Below are positions 10,185 through 21,405 of a DNA stretch of 64,000 nucleotides, piece by piece. Within the stretch, counting starts at the first letter, position 1. Every line of letters begins with the position of its first letter. A program made the translations under genes and the position numbers. Under the pieces are notes generated by a model. That model did no database searches and had not been told where the DNA came from. It was given only the letters and a program-made list of their open reading frames with translations. The stretch covers positions 1,505-65,504 of the forward strand of contig CBFHYY010000013.1 of NCBI GenBank assembly GCA_965660175.1, written 5' to 3'. This DNA is from Methylophilaceae bacterium (GTDB taxonomy: Bacteria; Pseudomonadota; Gammaproteobacteria; Burkholderiales; Methylophilaceae).

Positions 10185-11222
10185 ATGACCTCTAATAAGA
10201 AACAAATTTTAATTCCGATAGACATGACAGGCATTCGTGTTGATGCTGCTCTTCATAAATTATTTCCAGAATATTCCAGAGCTAAAATACAATCATGGAT
10301 AAATGATGGCCATGTTTTAGTGGATGGTAAAAGTTTACCTTCCAAGAAGAAATTAGTTGGCGGAGAAATAATTTTATTAGAGCCGCAAACTGATGAAGAG
10401 CTTTCCCAATATATTCCTGAAGAAATACCCATACAAATCGTTTATGAGGATGCGGATATTTTAATTGTTAACAAGAAGCAGGGCATGGTTGTTCACCCCG
10501 CTGCTGGTAACTGGGGAGGCACTCTATTAAATTCCATTCTCTTTCACTACCCAAAAAATGAAATTCTTCCTAGAGCAGGAATTGTTCATAGGCTTGATAA
10601 AGATACCTCTGGCTTGATGGTTGTTGCCAAAAATCTTATTGCTCAACAAAATTTGATTAAACAGTTGCAAGCGAGAACTGTAAAAAGGGAATATAGAGCT
10701 ATAGTTTGGGGTCAAGTTTGGAAAAATGGTACAGTAAATCAACCTATTGGAAGACATCCAACAATAAGAGTAAAGATGGCTGTAAACAATATACATGGAA
10801 AAGATTCAATAACTCATTACGAGGTTTTAGAAAGATTTGGACATCATACATATCTCCGATGTAATCTTGATACCGGACGTACCCATCAAATTAGAGTTCA
10901 TATGCATCATATTCAATCTCCTATTGTGGGTGATTCTACTTATGGTATGAAAAAAATAATTCCATTGAAAAAACTTTCTACGAAACTCAAAGAAGAGGTT
11001 TTTAATTTTCCAAGACAAGCACTTCATGCTATTAAATTAGGTTTAATTCATCCTAGCACTTCAAAATTTATGAGCTGGGAAATTGATCTACCAGAGGATA
11101 TGAAAAATCTGCTTGATATCATTCGATCTGAACCAAATGACTCTATGCTTTTGGATTGTAATAATTCTGATACAGAAGTTATTTATCAAAAAGATAACTT
11201 AAGTGACGCAGAAATTGAGTGA
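10185..11222 (+). CDS. rluD: 23S rRNA pseudouridine synthase D (RluA family)
   Basis: 345 aa. Has an N-terminal S4 domain, the catalytic HRLDKDTSG motif and GRTHQIR. Confidence 0.92.
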   Translation: MTSNKKQILIPIDMTGIRVDAALHKLFPEYSRAKIQSWINDGHVLVDGKSLPSKKKLVGGEIILLEPQTDEELSQYIPEEIPIQIVYEDADILIVNKKQGMVVHPAAGNWGGTLLNSILFHYPKNEILPRAGIVHRLDKDTSGLMVVAKNLIAQQNLIKQLQARTVKREYRAIVWGQVWKNGTVNQPIGRHPTIRVKMAVNNIHGKDSITHYEVLERFGHHTYLRCNLDTGRTHQIRVHMHHIQSPIVGDSTYGMKKIIPLKKLSTKLKEEVFNFPRQALHAIKLGLIHPSTSKFMSWEIDLPEDMKNLLDIIRSEPNDSMLLDCNNSDTEVIYQKDNLSDAEIE

Positions 11223-11964
11223 TAAAAGTTTTATTTACCCTGATTGGCATGTTCCAAATTATATTAAGTCTTTTCAGACAACTCGAAATGGCGGATTTAG
11301 CAAGAAAGAAGATTATCGCTCATTGAACCTATCGAAGAATGTTGGAGATGATCGCAATTGTGTTGACCTTAATTTAGGTCAAATCGAAAAAAAAATAAAA
11401 AACTCATTATTTTTTTTATCGCAAAATCATGGGAATGAAATTATTCAGTTACCGCAAGCACAATTAAATTTGAATGCAGATGCAGCGTATACTAAGGATA
11501 ATATACAGGTATGTTCTGTGCTTACTGCAGATTGCTTACCAATTTTATTGACCGATACAAAAGGCTCCTTTGTTGCTGCAATTCATGCTGGTTGGAGGGG
11601 GCTTGGAAATGGAATAATAGAAAATACCGTCCATACAATAAGATCACCAAATGATCTTATTGTATGGTTTGGTCCCTGTATTAGCCAAGAAATGCTTGAA
11701 GTTGGCCCGGAGGTATATAGTTTGTTTATGCAGCGTGATGAAAATATAAAAAAAGCTTTTATTCCAAAAAAAAATAACAAATTTTTATTAAGCCTTACAA
11801 CGGCAGCTCAAATAAAATTTATCAACTTAGACGTCAAATTGCTTTATGGAAATGGTATTACTCAAAAATACTGTACTTTTGCGCAACAGGATCAGTTTTA
11901 CTCCTTTCGAAGGAACCAAAAAACTGGAAGAATGGCAACAATGGTGTGGATTGATAAAAACTAA
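11203..11964 (+). CDS. pgeF: YfiH/PgeF family (DUF152) multicopper polyphenol oxidoreductase-like protein, a purine nucleoside phosphorylase / peptidoglycan editing factor
   Basis: 253 aa. Has TADCLPILL and IHAGWRGL motifs. Conserved rluD-yfiH gene order. GTG start overlaps rluD by 20 nt; an in-frame TTG at 11215 is an alternative start. Confidence 0.85.
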   Translation: MTQKLSDKSFIYPDWHVPNYIKSFQTTRNGGFSKKEDYRSLNLSKNVGDDRNCVDLNLGQIEKKIKNSLFFLSQNHGNEIIQLPQAQLNLNADAAYTKDNIQVCSVLTADCLPILLTDTKGSFVAAIHAGWRGLGNGIIENTVHTIRSPNDLIVWFGPCISQEMLEVGPEVYSLFMQRDENIKKAFIPKKNNKFLLSLTTAAQIKFINLDVKLLYGNGITQKYCTFAQQDQFYSFRRNQKTGRMATMVWIDKN

Positions 11965-12007
11965 ACCTATCTTCTTTCGTAACTTCAAATTATAATAGGC
12001 TACGAAT

Positions 12008-12784
12008 ATGGACTCCACCTCATTTACACTATTATGGATTGTTGGCACATGCTTGGCAGGCGGTATTTTGAGCCTGTTGATGGCTTTTATTTTTGTAAAA
12101 AAAGCTAATTCCAACACAATAACAAACATACTTAGTTTATCTGTAGGAACTATGCTTGGCGCTGTTTTTCTTGAAATCCTTCCTCATGCATTAGAGCAAA
12201 ATACTAATGCACACAATATTATGTTGGTGGTTTTAATTGGATTGCTGATTTTTTTTACACTGGAAAAACTTTTGATTTGGCGTCATTGTCATGGCGAACA
12301 TTGCGAAACTCATTCAGAGGAATTGCATAACAAGAATCAGGGTAATAGTAATTTGATACTCATTGGAGACTTATCTCATAATTTTATAGACGGCATTCTT
12401 ATTGCAAGCGCTTTCATATTTGATATTAAACTTGGCTTTGTAACTGCCTTAGCAATTTTTGCGCATCAAATTCCACATGAGATGGGCAATATATCAATCT
12501 TTTTAAGCAAAGGATTAAAAAGAAATAAAGCCATATTGCTCAATATTATCGCAAGTTTATCGATGGTATTTGGTGCTATAGTTACATTTTTGTTGATTGA
12601 CTCTGCAGGAAATATGCTTCCTATTTTGCTTGCTTTCACTGCCTCTAACTTAATTTACGTAGCTGTATCAGACCTTATTCCTGGTCTTCACAAAAGAACC
12701 GACATCAAAGACTCGCTCATGCAAATTACAATGATTATTTTTGGTGTAGCGATCATTTATTTTTTTCATACGTTTCTTCACTAA
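12008..12784 (+). CDS. ZIP family divalent metal (zinc) transporter, ZupT-like
   Basis: 258 aa polytopic membrane protein. Has a His-rich loop HCHGEHCETHSEELH and the ZIP motifs HNFIDG and HQIPHEMG. Confidence 0.8.
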   Translation: MDSTSFTLLWIVGTCLAGGILSLLMAFIFVKKANSNTITNILSLSVGTMLGAVFLEILPHALEQNTNAHNIMLVVLIGLLIFFTLEKLLIWRHCHGEHCETHSEELHNKNQGNSNLILIGDLSHNFIDGILIASAFIFDIKLGFVTALAIFAHQIPHEMGNISIFLSKGLKRNKAILLNIIASLSMVFGAIVTFLLIDSAGNMLPILLAFTASNLIYVAVSDLIPGLHKRTDIKDSLMQITMIIFGVAIIYFFHTFLH

Positions 12785-14113
12785 ATGACTTCGATTACTG
12801 ATTATAATTCTCCGAAAATTGGGTTCGTTTCACTTGGTTGCCCAAAAGCTGGATCTGATACAGAAAAAATGCTTAGTAAAATTAAGGCTGAGGGTTATGA
12901 GATAGCCAATAATTACAAAGACTCTGAGCTGGTCATCGTTAATACCTGTGGCTTTATCGATAGTGCGGTAAAAGAATCCCTTGATGCTATTTCAGAGGCA
13001 CTTAATAACAATGGAAAAGTTATTGTTACTGGCTGTCTTGGTGAAAAAAAAGAATTAATAGAAAAGCATTTTAATAATTTGGTTGCAATTACAGGCTCCG
13101 AAGCTTATGAAGAGGTTATGAATGCTATTCATAAAGAAGTGCCTAAACCAAACAATCCACATATCGATCTTATACCTGCACAAGGGATTAGGTTAACACC
13201 AAAGCATTATGCCTATATTAAAATTTCAGAAGGGTGTAATCATAAGTGTACATTTTGTATTATCCCCTCAATGCGAGGTAAATTGATAAGCAGACCCATT
13301 GGTGAAATAATGCAGGAGGCAGAAAATCTCGTCAAATCTGGAGTTTCTGAATTGATTATAATCTCACAAGATACGAGTGCCTATGGTGTGGATGTAAAAT
13401 ATCGACCTGGATTTTGGAACGGTAGACCAATAAAGACAGATCTTTATAATTTAGCTGAAAGCTTAAGTATGTTGGGGGTATGGGTGAGATTTCATTATGT
13501 ATATCCATATCCAAATGTTGATCAATTAATAGAGTTAATGGCGCAAGATAAAATCCTTCCGTACATAGACGTTCCATTTCAACATGCAAATCAGGAAATA
13601 TTGAAAGCTATGAAAAGACCTGCAAATGTGGAAAATAATCTTGAAAGAATTAATGGGTGGAGAGAGATTTGTCCAGAAATAACCATTAGAAGTACATTTA
13701 TTGTTGGATTTCCCGGAGAAACGGATGATCACTTTGAAGATCTATTACAATTTTTAAAAGAAGCAAAACTAGATAAAGTAGGTTGCTTCAAATACTCCAA
13801 TGTTGATGGTGCTTCATCTAAAATATTAACCAATCAAATTTCAGAAGATTTAAAACAATATAGATTTGATCGCTTCATGGAGATTCAAAATCAAATAAGT
13901 CAAAGAAAATTATTGGATAAAGTTGGTTCAGTGCAAAGAGTTCTTGTCGATGAGGTTGGAAGTGAATTTGCAAAAGCAAGATCTTCAGCAAATGCACCTG
14001 ATATTGATGGATTAATTTTTCTTGAGAATCCAGAGGGTCTTCAACCTGGTGATATGCTTGATGTTAAAATTAAAGACTCTAAAGACTATGATTTGTTTGC
14101 TGGGCCATATTAA
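12785..14113 (+). CDS. rimO: ribosomal protein S12 methylthiotransferase RimO
   Basis: 442 aa. Has N-terminal cysteines (LGCPK, NTCGF, TGCLG), the radical-SAM motif CNHKCTFC and a C-terminal TRAM domain. Confidence 0.92.
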   Translation: MTSITDYNSPKIGFVSLGCPKAGSDTEKMLSKIKAEGYEIANNYKDSELVIVNTCGFIDSAVKESLDAISEALNNNGKVIVTGCLGEKKELIEKHFNNLVAITGSEAYEEVMNAIHKEVPKPNNPHIDLIPAQGIRLTPKHYAYIKISEGCNHKCTFCIIPSMRGKLISRPIGEIMQEAENLVKSGVSELIIISQDTSAYGVDVKYRPGFWNGRPIKTDLYNLAESLSMLGVWVRFHYVYPYPNVDQLIELMAQDKILPYIDVPFQHANQEILKAMKRPANVENNLERINGWREICPEITIRSTFIVGFPGETDDHFEDLLQFLKEAKLDKVGCFKYSNVDGASSKILTNQISEDLKQYRFDRFMEIQNQISQRKLLDKVGSVQRVLVDEVGSEFAKARSSANAPDIDGLIFLENPEGLQPGDMLDVKIKDSKDYDLFAGPY

Positions 14114-14126
14114 TTAGGAAAAAATT

Positions 14127-15518
14127 TTGAAAAAAATTATTACTCGTTTTGCTCCAAGTCCTACCGGTTTTCTCCATATTGGAGGCGTGAGAACTGCTTT
14201 ATTTTCATGGGCATACGCAAAAAAAAATAACGGTAACTTTATTTTACGGGTTGAGGATACTGATCTGGAACGCTCCACACCAGAAGCGATAGAAGCCATT
14301 AAAAAAGGATTGCAGTGGTTAGGGATTGATAATGACGGACCTATTGTTTATCAAACTGAACGTTATGATAGATATAAAGAAATCATCATGCAGCTCCTAG
14401 ATGAAGAAAAAGCTTATTATTGCTATGCTTCGAAAGATGAATTGGATGCTCTAAGAATTAAACAAAAAGATAGCGGGCAAAAACCTAAATACGATAATAG
14501 ATGGCGTCCAGAAAATGGTAAGGACCTACCAAATCCCCCAGATGGTATAAATCCTGTTGTGAGATTTAAAAATCCTCTTTCGGGATCTGTGACCTGGAAT
14601 GATAAGGTTAAAAAAGAAATTACAATAAGCAATAATGAGTTAGATGATTTTATTATTGCTCGGTCTGATGGTTCTCCTACTTATAATTTTTGCGTTGTGG
14701 TCGACGATATGGACATGAATATCAGTCATGTTATTAGGGGTGACGATCACGTTAATAACACCCCAAGACAGATTAATCTCTTTGAAGCACTCAATGCTCA
14801 AATTCCAACATATGCACATTTATCTATGATTTTAGGCAGCGATGGGCAAAAATTATCAAAGCGTCACGGAGCTGTAAGTGTTATGGAATACAAAGAGAAC
14901 GGATTCCTACCTGATGCTTTAAAAAATTATCTTGCAAGACTGGGATGGAGTCATGGTGATGATGAAATTTTCTCTATGCATGAATTTTGCTCGTTATTTG
15001 ATTTTAAAAATATCATTTCATCAGCCGCTCAATTTGACGAAGAAAAACTTAATTGGTTGAATAATCATTACATCAAGGAAATGAATATTGATGAACTGGC
15101 ATCGCATATTGAAGTCGGTGCCTCAATTGATCAAGATATATTTCAAAAAGCTATTGCTTTATATCGTGACAGGGCTAAATCATTGAATGAGATTAGTCAA
15201 AATATTAAATTTTTTTTTGAGATACCATGTATCCCTCAAGATCTTATTGATAAATATATTAATAAAGATACGATGGAATTAGTCGATTCACTAATTGCTA
15301 TGCTCTCTAAAGAAGCTTGGGATGACGATACAGTAAATCTATGTGTAAAAAAATTTGTAAAAGATAAGGAAATCAAGTTTCCAATAATTGCTATGCCATT
15401 GAGAGTGATTTTAGCTGGAACAGACCATACACCAAGTATCGGTAGTATAATGTCTATTTTGGGAAACAATGAAGTTAACAAAAGACTCCAACATTTCAAA
15501 AAAAACCATGACCTTTAA
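14127..15518 (+). CDS. gltX: glutamate--tRNA ligase
   Basis: 463 aa. Has class I motifs PSPTGFLHIGG (HIGH) and KLSKRHG (KMSKS). TTG start. Confidence 0.95.
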   Translation: MKKIITRFAPSPTGFLHIGGVRTALFSWAYAKKNNGNFILRVEDTDLERSTPEAIEAIKKGLQWLGIDNDGPIVYQTERYDRYKEIIMQLLDEEKAYYCYASKDELDALRIKQKDSGQKPKYDNRWRPENGKDLPNPPDGINPVVRFKNPLSGSVTWNDKVKKEITISNNELDDFIIARSDGSPTYNFCVVVDDMDMNISHVIRGDDHVNNTPRQINLFEALNAQIPTYAHLSMILGSDGQKLSKRHGAVSVMEYKENGFLPDALKNYLARLGWSHGDDEIFSMHEFCSLFDFKNIISSAAQFDEEKLNWLNNHYIKEMNIDELASHIEVGASIDQDIFQKAIALYRDRAKSLNEISQNIKFFFEIPCIPQDLIDKYINKDTMELVDSLIAMLSKEAWDDDTVNLCVKKFVKDKEIKFPIIAMPLRVILAGTDHTPSIGSIMSILGNNEVNKRLQHFKKNHDL

Positions 15519-15729
15519 GGAAACCCCTTTGCAAGAATTATTTTTAAATCAGCTGAGTGAAAGTAAGGTATCTGTCTCTATTTATCTGCTTAATGGTATA
15601 AAACTTCAAGGCCACATCGAGGCTTTTGATGAAAATGTTTTGGTACTAAGCGGAACCACGCCGCAACTAATATATAAACACTCTATTTCCACTATCGTAC
15701 CATCGCAAAAAATTGATATTAAATGGTAA
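15508..15729 (+). CDS. hfq: RNA chaperone Hfq (short form, 73 aa)
   Basis: Has Sm1 VSIYLLNGIKLQGHIEAFD and Sm2 YKHSISTIVP. I place the start at ATG 15508 (MTFKETPLQELFLNQL), which matches the usual Hfq N-terminal length. The track ORF begins at an upstream in-frame ATG, 15469. Confidence 0.9.
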   Translation: MTFKETPLQELFLNQLSESKVSVSIYLLNGIKLQGHIEAFDENVLVLSGTTPQLIYKHSISTIVPSQKIDIKW

Positions 15730-15742
15730 AAAATAAGTTTTA

Positions 15743-16864
15743 ATGTTTGATAGGCCTAAGATTGGGGAGAAAGCGATATTGGTTAATATTAACTTTAATA
15801 ATATTAATCATGAGGAGGATACTGAGGAATTGTCACAACTCGTTACAAGCGCAGGGTTTGTTGTCAGTGAGATTATTCAAAGTAAAAAAAATCGTCCTGA
15901 TGCTAAATACTTTATTGGTTCGGGAAAAGCTAATGAATTAATACATCTTAAGGCAATTACCGATTCCTCCACCATAGTATTTAATCACGAGCTCACGCCA
16001 TCCCAGGAAAGAAATATTGAAAAACTCACTGGCTTGAGGGTCTACGACAGGACGGCTCTTATTTTATATATTTTTTCACAACGAGCTAAGAGCTATGAGG
16101 GTAAATTACAAGTTGAGCTGGCTCATCTTGCTCATTTATCATCAAGGCTAACCAAGGGATGGAGTCACTTGGAGCGACAAAAAGGCGGCATTGGGGTAAG
16201 AGGCGGTCCAGGCGAAAAGCAAATTGAACTAGATAGACGGATGCTAAATATTCGGATTAAACAGTTAAAAGAAAAATTAAAAAAACTGGATAAACAAAGA
16301 GGAATGCAAAGAAGAGCGAGAAGAAGATCAAATGTGCTGTCCGTATCTATTGTTGGATATACAAATGCTGGAAAATCTACATTATTTAATACATTAACTC
16401 ACGAAAAAATCTTAGCTGAAAATAAGCTTTTTGCGACTCTCGATACAACCTCTCGAAAATTATTTATTGAGCCTGGGCATAAAATAGTGGTGTCTGATAC
16501 GGTGGGGTTTATAAAAAATCTTCCCACAACTCTTGTTGAGGCTTTTAAGTCTACTTTAGAGGAAGCTACAGATTCAGATTTATTGATCCATGTCGTTGAC
16601 GTAAGCAATAATAATAAGACAGAACAAATAAGCGAAGTTAATAAAATTTTAAAAGAAATAAACGCAGAAAATTTACCGCAAATTTTAGTCTTAAACCAAA
16701 TTGACAAAATACCATTAAAATCAATGTATGACAGAGATGAGTATGATAGAATCAACCGAATTCAATTATCAGCAAAAAATGGTGATGGAATTGAATTTTT
16801 AAAGCTAGCGATAGTCGAACAAAATACAAATTATAACAATCAAAGAAATGGACAATATGTTTAA
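15743..16864 (+). CDS. hflX: GTPase HflX
   Basis: 373 aa. Has the HflX N-terminal domain (MFDRP...AILV) and G motifs GYTNAGKST, DTVGF and NQID. Confidence 0.93.
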   Translation: MFDRPKIGEKAILVNINFNNINHEEDTEELSQLVTSAGFVVSEIIQSKKNRPDAKYFIGSGKANELIHLKAITDSSTIVFNHELTPSQERNIEKLTGLRVYDRTALILYIFSQRAKSYEGKLQVELAHLAHLSSRLTKGWSHLERQKGGIGVRGGPGEKQIELDRRMLNIRIKQLKEKLKKLDKQRGMQRRARRRSNVLSVSIVGYTNAGKSTLFNTLTHEKILAENKLFATLDTTSRKLFIEPGHKIVVSDTVGFIKNLPTTLVEAFKSTLEEATDSDLLIHVVDVSNNNKTEQISEVNKILKEINAENLPQILVLNQIDKIPLKSMYDRDEYDRINRIQLSAKNGDGIEFLKLAIVEQNTNYNNQRNGQYV

Positions 16865-18089
16865 ATATTTATCAAAATTTACAAAATTACCTCTTGCTGC
16901 GAGGCAGGATGGACCTCCTGATTTAGATGAGCTTTTTAAAGATTTGAAAAACAAAGTTGATAACATTTTTAGTGTCAAAACAAATAAAAATAACAACAAT
17001 AATAATGATTTCAATAATAAGCCTAGCAAAATCACTGGAGAGCCACTCCCCATAACCCCGATTCTAGTTATTATTCTTCTTGTATGGTTAGCCTCTGGTT
17101 TTTATATTGTTGATCAAGGACAAAGAGGAGTGGTTCTGAGATTTGGTGAAAACACTGAGGTAACTCAGCCTGGCCCAAGATGGCATATCCCTTTTCCAGT
17201 TGAGTCAGTTGAAAAGGTTAACCTTGAGCAAGTCAGAACAATTGAGGTTGGGTACAGGTCTTCAACAACCTCAGGATCATCCACTTCTGATTTAAGAGAG
17301 TCTTTGATGTTAACTGGAGATGAAAATATAATTGATTTACAGTTCGCGGTACAATATAACTTGAAATCGGTTGAAGATTTTCTTTTTGAAAATAGATCAG
17401 CAGAGTCTGCTGTGAGAGGTGCTGCTGAGACTTCCATAAGAGAAGTTGTTGGAAAAAGTATGATGGATTTTGTGCTTTATGAAGGTCGAGAAGAAATTGC
17501 TATCAATACCCAAAAATTAATGCAAGATATACTCGACGGGTATAAAACAGGTATCAATATTACTAGTGTCACTATGCAAAATGCTCAACCCCCTCAACAG
17601 GTTCAAGCAGCATTTGATGATGCGGTTAAAGCGAAACAAGATCTGGAGAGACAAAAGAATGAAGGTCAAGCATATGCTAATGATATTATCCCAAAAGCTA
17701 CAGGTACTGCGTCAAGATTGATTGCTGAAGCTAATGGATATAGAGTATCTATAGAAAATGAAGCATCCGGTAATGCAAGCAGATTTGATCAAATACTCAC
17801 TGAGTACAATAGGGCCCCAGAAGTTACCAGGAACAGACTTTTTCTTGAAGCTCAAGAGGGAATAATGGGGTCTGTATCAAAAGTTATTATTGACCAAAAA
17901 GAATCTAATAGTTTGCTTTATCTTCCACTAGATAAGATCATTCAACAATCGAATACAACCAGGTCAACAGATTCATCTTCAAATCAAATGATGAATAGTC
18001 AAAACAATCCATCTACATCAGATGTAATAAATTCAATCACAGATCGTACTCGTGGAGCCTTAAGAGCCCGCGAAAGGGATATAAGGTAA
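16848..18089 (+). CDS. hflK: FtsH protease modulator HflK (SPFH/band 7)
   Basis: 413 aa. Has the GPPDLDELF N-terminal motif, one TM helix and an SPFH domain. Follows hflX. The N-terminus contains a poly-Asn stretch. Confidence 0.92.
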   Translation: MDNMFKYLSKFTKLPLAARQDGPPDLDELFKDLKNKVDNIFSVKTNKNNNNNNDFNNKPSKITGEPLPITPILVIILLVWLASGFYIVDQGQRGVVLRFGENTEVTQPGPRWHIPFPVESVEKVNLEQVRTIEVGYRSSTTSGSSTSDLRESLMLTGDENIIDLQFAVQYNLKSVEDFLFENRSAESAVRGAAETSIREVVGKSMMDFVLYEGREEIAINTQKLMQDILDGYKTGINITSVTMQNAQPPQQVQAAFDDAVKAKQDLERQKNEGQAYANDIIPKATGTASRLIAEANGYRVSIENEASGNASRFDQILTEYNRAPEVTRNRLFLEAQEGIMGSVSKVIIDQKESNSLLYLPLDKIIQQSNTTRSTDSSSNQMMNSQNNPSTSDVINSITDRTRGALRARERDIR

Positions 18090-18094
18090 ATTTA

Positions 18095-18958
18095 ATGAGA
18101 TACGTACCAAGAATATTTATTGTAATTATACTTTTTTTAATATTATTTTCATTGTCGACGTTTACAGTCGATCAAAGAGAGCATGCTTTGGTATTTAGAC
18201 TAGGTGAGATCGTTTCTGTTAAAGAAGAACCCGGTTTATATTTAAAAGCCCCTTTAGTTGATAACGTGAAATTTTTCGATAAAAGAATATTAACTTTTGA
18301 TTCAAGGAACCCTGATAGATTTATTACCAGTGAAAAGAAAAATGTTTTAGTAGATTCCTACATTAAATGGAGAATTATTGATCCTTCTAAATATTACGTG
18401 TCTGTTAACGGAGATGAGCGGCAAGCAGAGCGTCGTTTAACGCAAACAGTTAACGATGGGCTAAGGGCTGAATTTGGTAAAAGAACTATTCTTGAGGTTA
18501 TTGCTGGCGAACGTTCAGAAATTATGAGCATCTTACGAGAGCAGGCTGATGAAGACTCCAGACAAATTGGTGTAGAGATTGTTGATGTAAGGCTTAGAAG
18601 GGTTGATCTTCCTGACGAAGTGAGTGATTCTGTTTACCAGAGAATGCGTGCTGAAAGACAAGAGGTTGCTAGTGAGTTGAGATCACAAGGTTTTGCTGAG
18701 TCAGAAAAAATACGAGCAGACGCGGAGAAACAAAGGGATATCATTATTACGCAAGCATACAAGGAAGCGCAAGAGATAAAGGGTTCAGGCGATGCAAAAG
18801 CTTCTAGGATATATGCTGACACTTTCTCAAAAAATAAGGAATTTTATGATTTTTATAGAAGTCTTGAAGCATATAGGAAAAGTTTTAGTGGCAAAGACGA
18901 TATTATGGTTCTAGACGCCAATTCTGATTTCTTCAAATATTTAAGAAACTCTAAATAA
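18095..18958 (+). CDS. hflC: FtsH protease modulator HflC (SPFH/band 7)
   Basis: 287 aa. Has an N-terminal TM helix and an SPFH domain. Immediately follows hflK. Confidence 0.92.
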   Translation: MRYVPRIFIVIILFLILFSLSTFTVDQREHALVFRLGEIVSVKEEPGLYLKAPLVDNVKFFDKRILTFDSRNPDRFITSEKKNVLVDSYIKWRIIDPSKYYVSVNGDERQAERRLTQTVNDGLRAEFGKRTILEVIAGERSEIMSILREQADEDSRQIGVEIVDVRLRRVDLPDEVSDSVYQRMRAERQEVASELRSQGFAESEKIRADAEKQRDIIITQAYKEAQEIKGSGDAKASRIYADTFSKNKEFYDFYRSLEAYRKSFSGKDDIMVLDANSDFFKYLRNSK

Positions 18959-19086
18959 GTTTTAGAGATAATACAAACATAGGTAATATATATGAGAAAC
19001 TTTTATTTAATAAAGTTATCATAAAATTTACTCTCTTTTCAGCTCAATCTTTGGCATAATATTGTATTTATTAGTGAATTAATTTT

Positions 19087-20046
19087 ATGTCAAAGTGGCG
19101 CCTTCCCAATAATCTTGAGGATCTCTTCTCAAACAAAGCAAAAAAATTAGAATTATTTCGAAGAAAACTTATTGATTTATTTGCGGATTATGACTATCAA
19201 TACATTATGCCTTCACTGCTTGAATATGAGGATTCTTTAAAAGCTTACGGTAAAGATCTTGACATTGATACTTTTAAAGTAGTTGATCAATCCTCTGGTC
19301 GTATGATGGGTATTAGCTCTGATTTAACAACGCAAGCAGCAAGAGTGGATGCATATTTGTTGTCTGAAAATAACAGTATTAATAAACTTTGTTATGCGGG
19401 CCAAATTCTCAAGACTAAAGCTGGGCCTGGTTCCTCAAGGGAGTTATTTCAAGTCGGCCTTGAATATTTTGGAAATGCTGAATTAGCGGCCGATATTGAA
19501 ATTCAAACTATTTTAATAAAATCATTAATGTTGTTAGGTTGTGAGGATGTAACTATTGATGTTAATGATTTAGGAATATATAGAATTCTCACAGGAAATT
19601 TAGATTTATTAGGACAAGAAAGAGAGGAGCTAGCTGCAGCAATGATGTTAAAGGATAAGTCGTTAGTGAAATCAATTTTAAAAAGATTTAATAACAAAAG
19701 TGATGTCAAAAAAATAATATCATTATTGGATATGGTGGGTGATAAATCAATATTAGAAAAATTAAAAAACTTATATGGTGAAGATAATATATTTGTAGAG
19801 TCTATAAAAAAATTAGAGATGTTAAGTAAGAATATTGAATCTCTTGATTCTGTGGTTACTTTTGATTTTTCAGATATCAGAGGCTATCAATATCATAGTG
19901 GTATTGTTTGTAATGCTTATGCAAAAGGCTTTACCGCACCTGTAGCCCAAGGTGGACGTTACGATAATCTTAATGAGGCTATTGGTCTTAAAAGGCCTGC
20001 TACTGGGTTTTCTCTCGATTTAAGATATTTAATTAACAATTTATAA
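19087..20046 (+). CDS. hisZ: ATP phosphoribosyltransferase regulatory subunit HisZ (HisRS paralog)
   Basis: 319 aa. Has a HisRS-like catalytic core (W.LP N-terminus, GGRYD) and no anticodon-binding domain. Conserved hflC-hisZ-purA position. Confidence 0.85.
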   Translation: MSKWRLPNNLEDLFSNKAKKLELFRRKLIDLFADYDYQYIMPSLLEYEDSLKAYGKDLDIDTFKVVDQSSGRMMGISSDLTTQAARVDAYLLSENNSINKLCYAGQILKTKAGPGSSRELFQVGLEYFGNAELAADIEIQTILIKSLMLLGCEDVTIDVNDLGIYRILTGNLDLLGQEREELAAAMMLKDKSLVKSILKRFNNKSDVKKIISLLDMVGDKSILEKLKNLYGEDNIFVESIKKLEMLSKNIESLDSVVTFDFSDIRGYQYHSGIVCNAYAKGFTAPVAQGGRYDNLNEAIGLKRPATGFSLDLRYLINNL

Positions 20047-21387
<1,341 letters not shown>

Positions 21388-21405
21388 TGATCAATTATTT
21401 TATGT

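Noticed and set aside
16970-17030. The poly-Asn tract (NKNNNNNDFNNK) in the HflK N-terminus as a possible repeat or contingency locus.
   Set aside because: The codons are mixed AAT/AAC rather than a pure homopolymer or microsatellite. It is a typical low-complexity linker in AT-rich genomes, and the N-terminal cytoplasmic region of HflK is variable in any case.
16399-17053. Antisense ORFs 16399-16755(-) at 118 aa and 16805-17053(-) at 82 aa, opposite hflX and hflK.
   Set aside because: They are the reverse frames of conserved GTPase/SPFH genes. Their Leu/Ser/Phe-rich composition is a mirror-frame artefact and there are no start signals.
18959-19086. The 128-bp hflC-hisZ spacer as a site for the small DUF2065/YjeT-like gene seen after hflC in some bacteria, or for a riboswitch.
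   Set aside because: Only a 10-codon ORF (MRNFYLIKLS) is present. I saw no convincing hairpin or conserved leader structure by eye. It is probably just the hisZ-purA promoter region.
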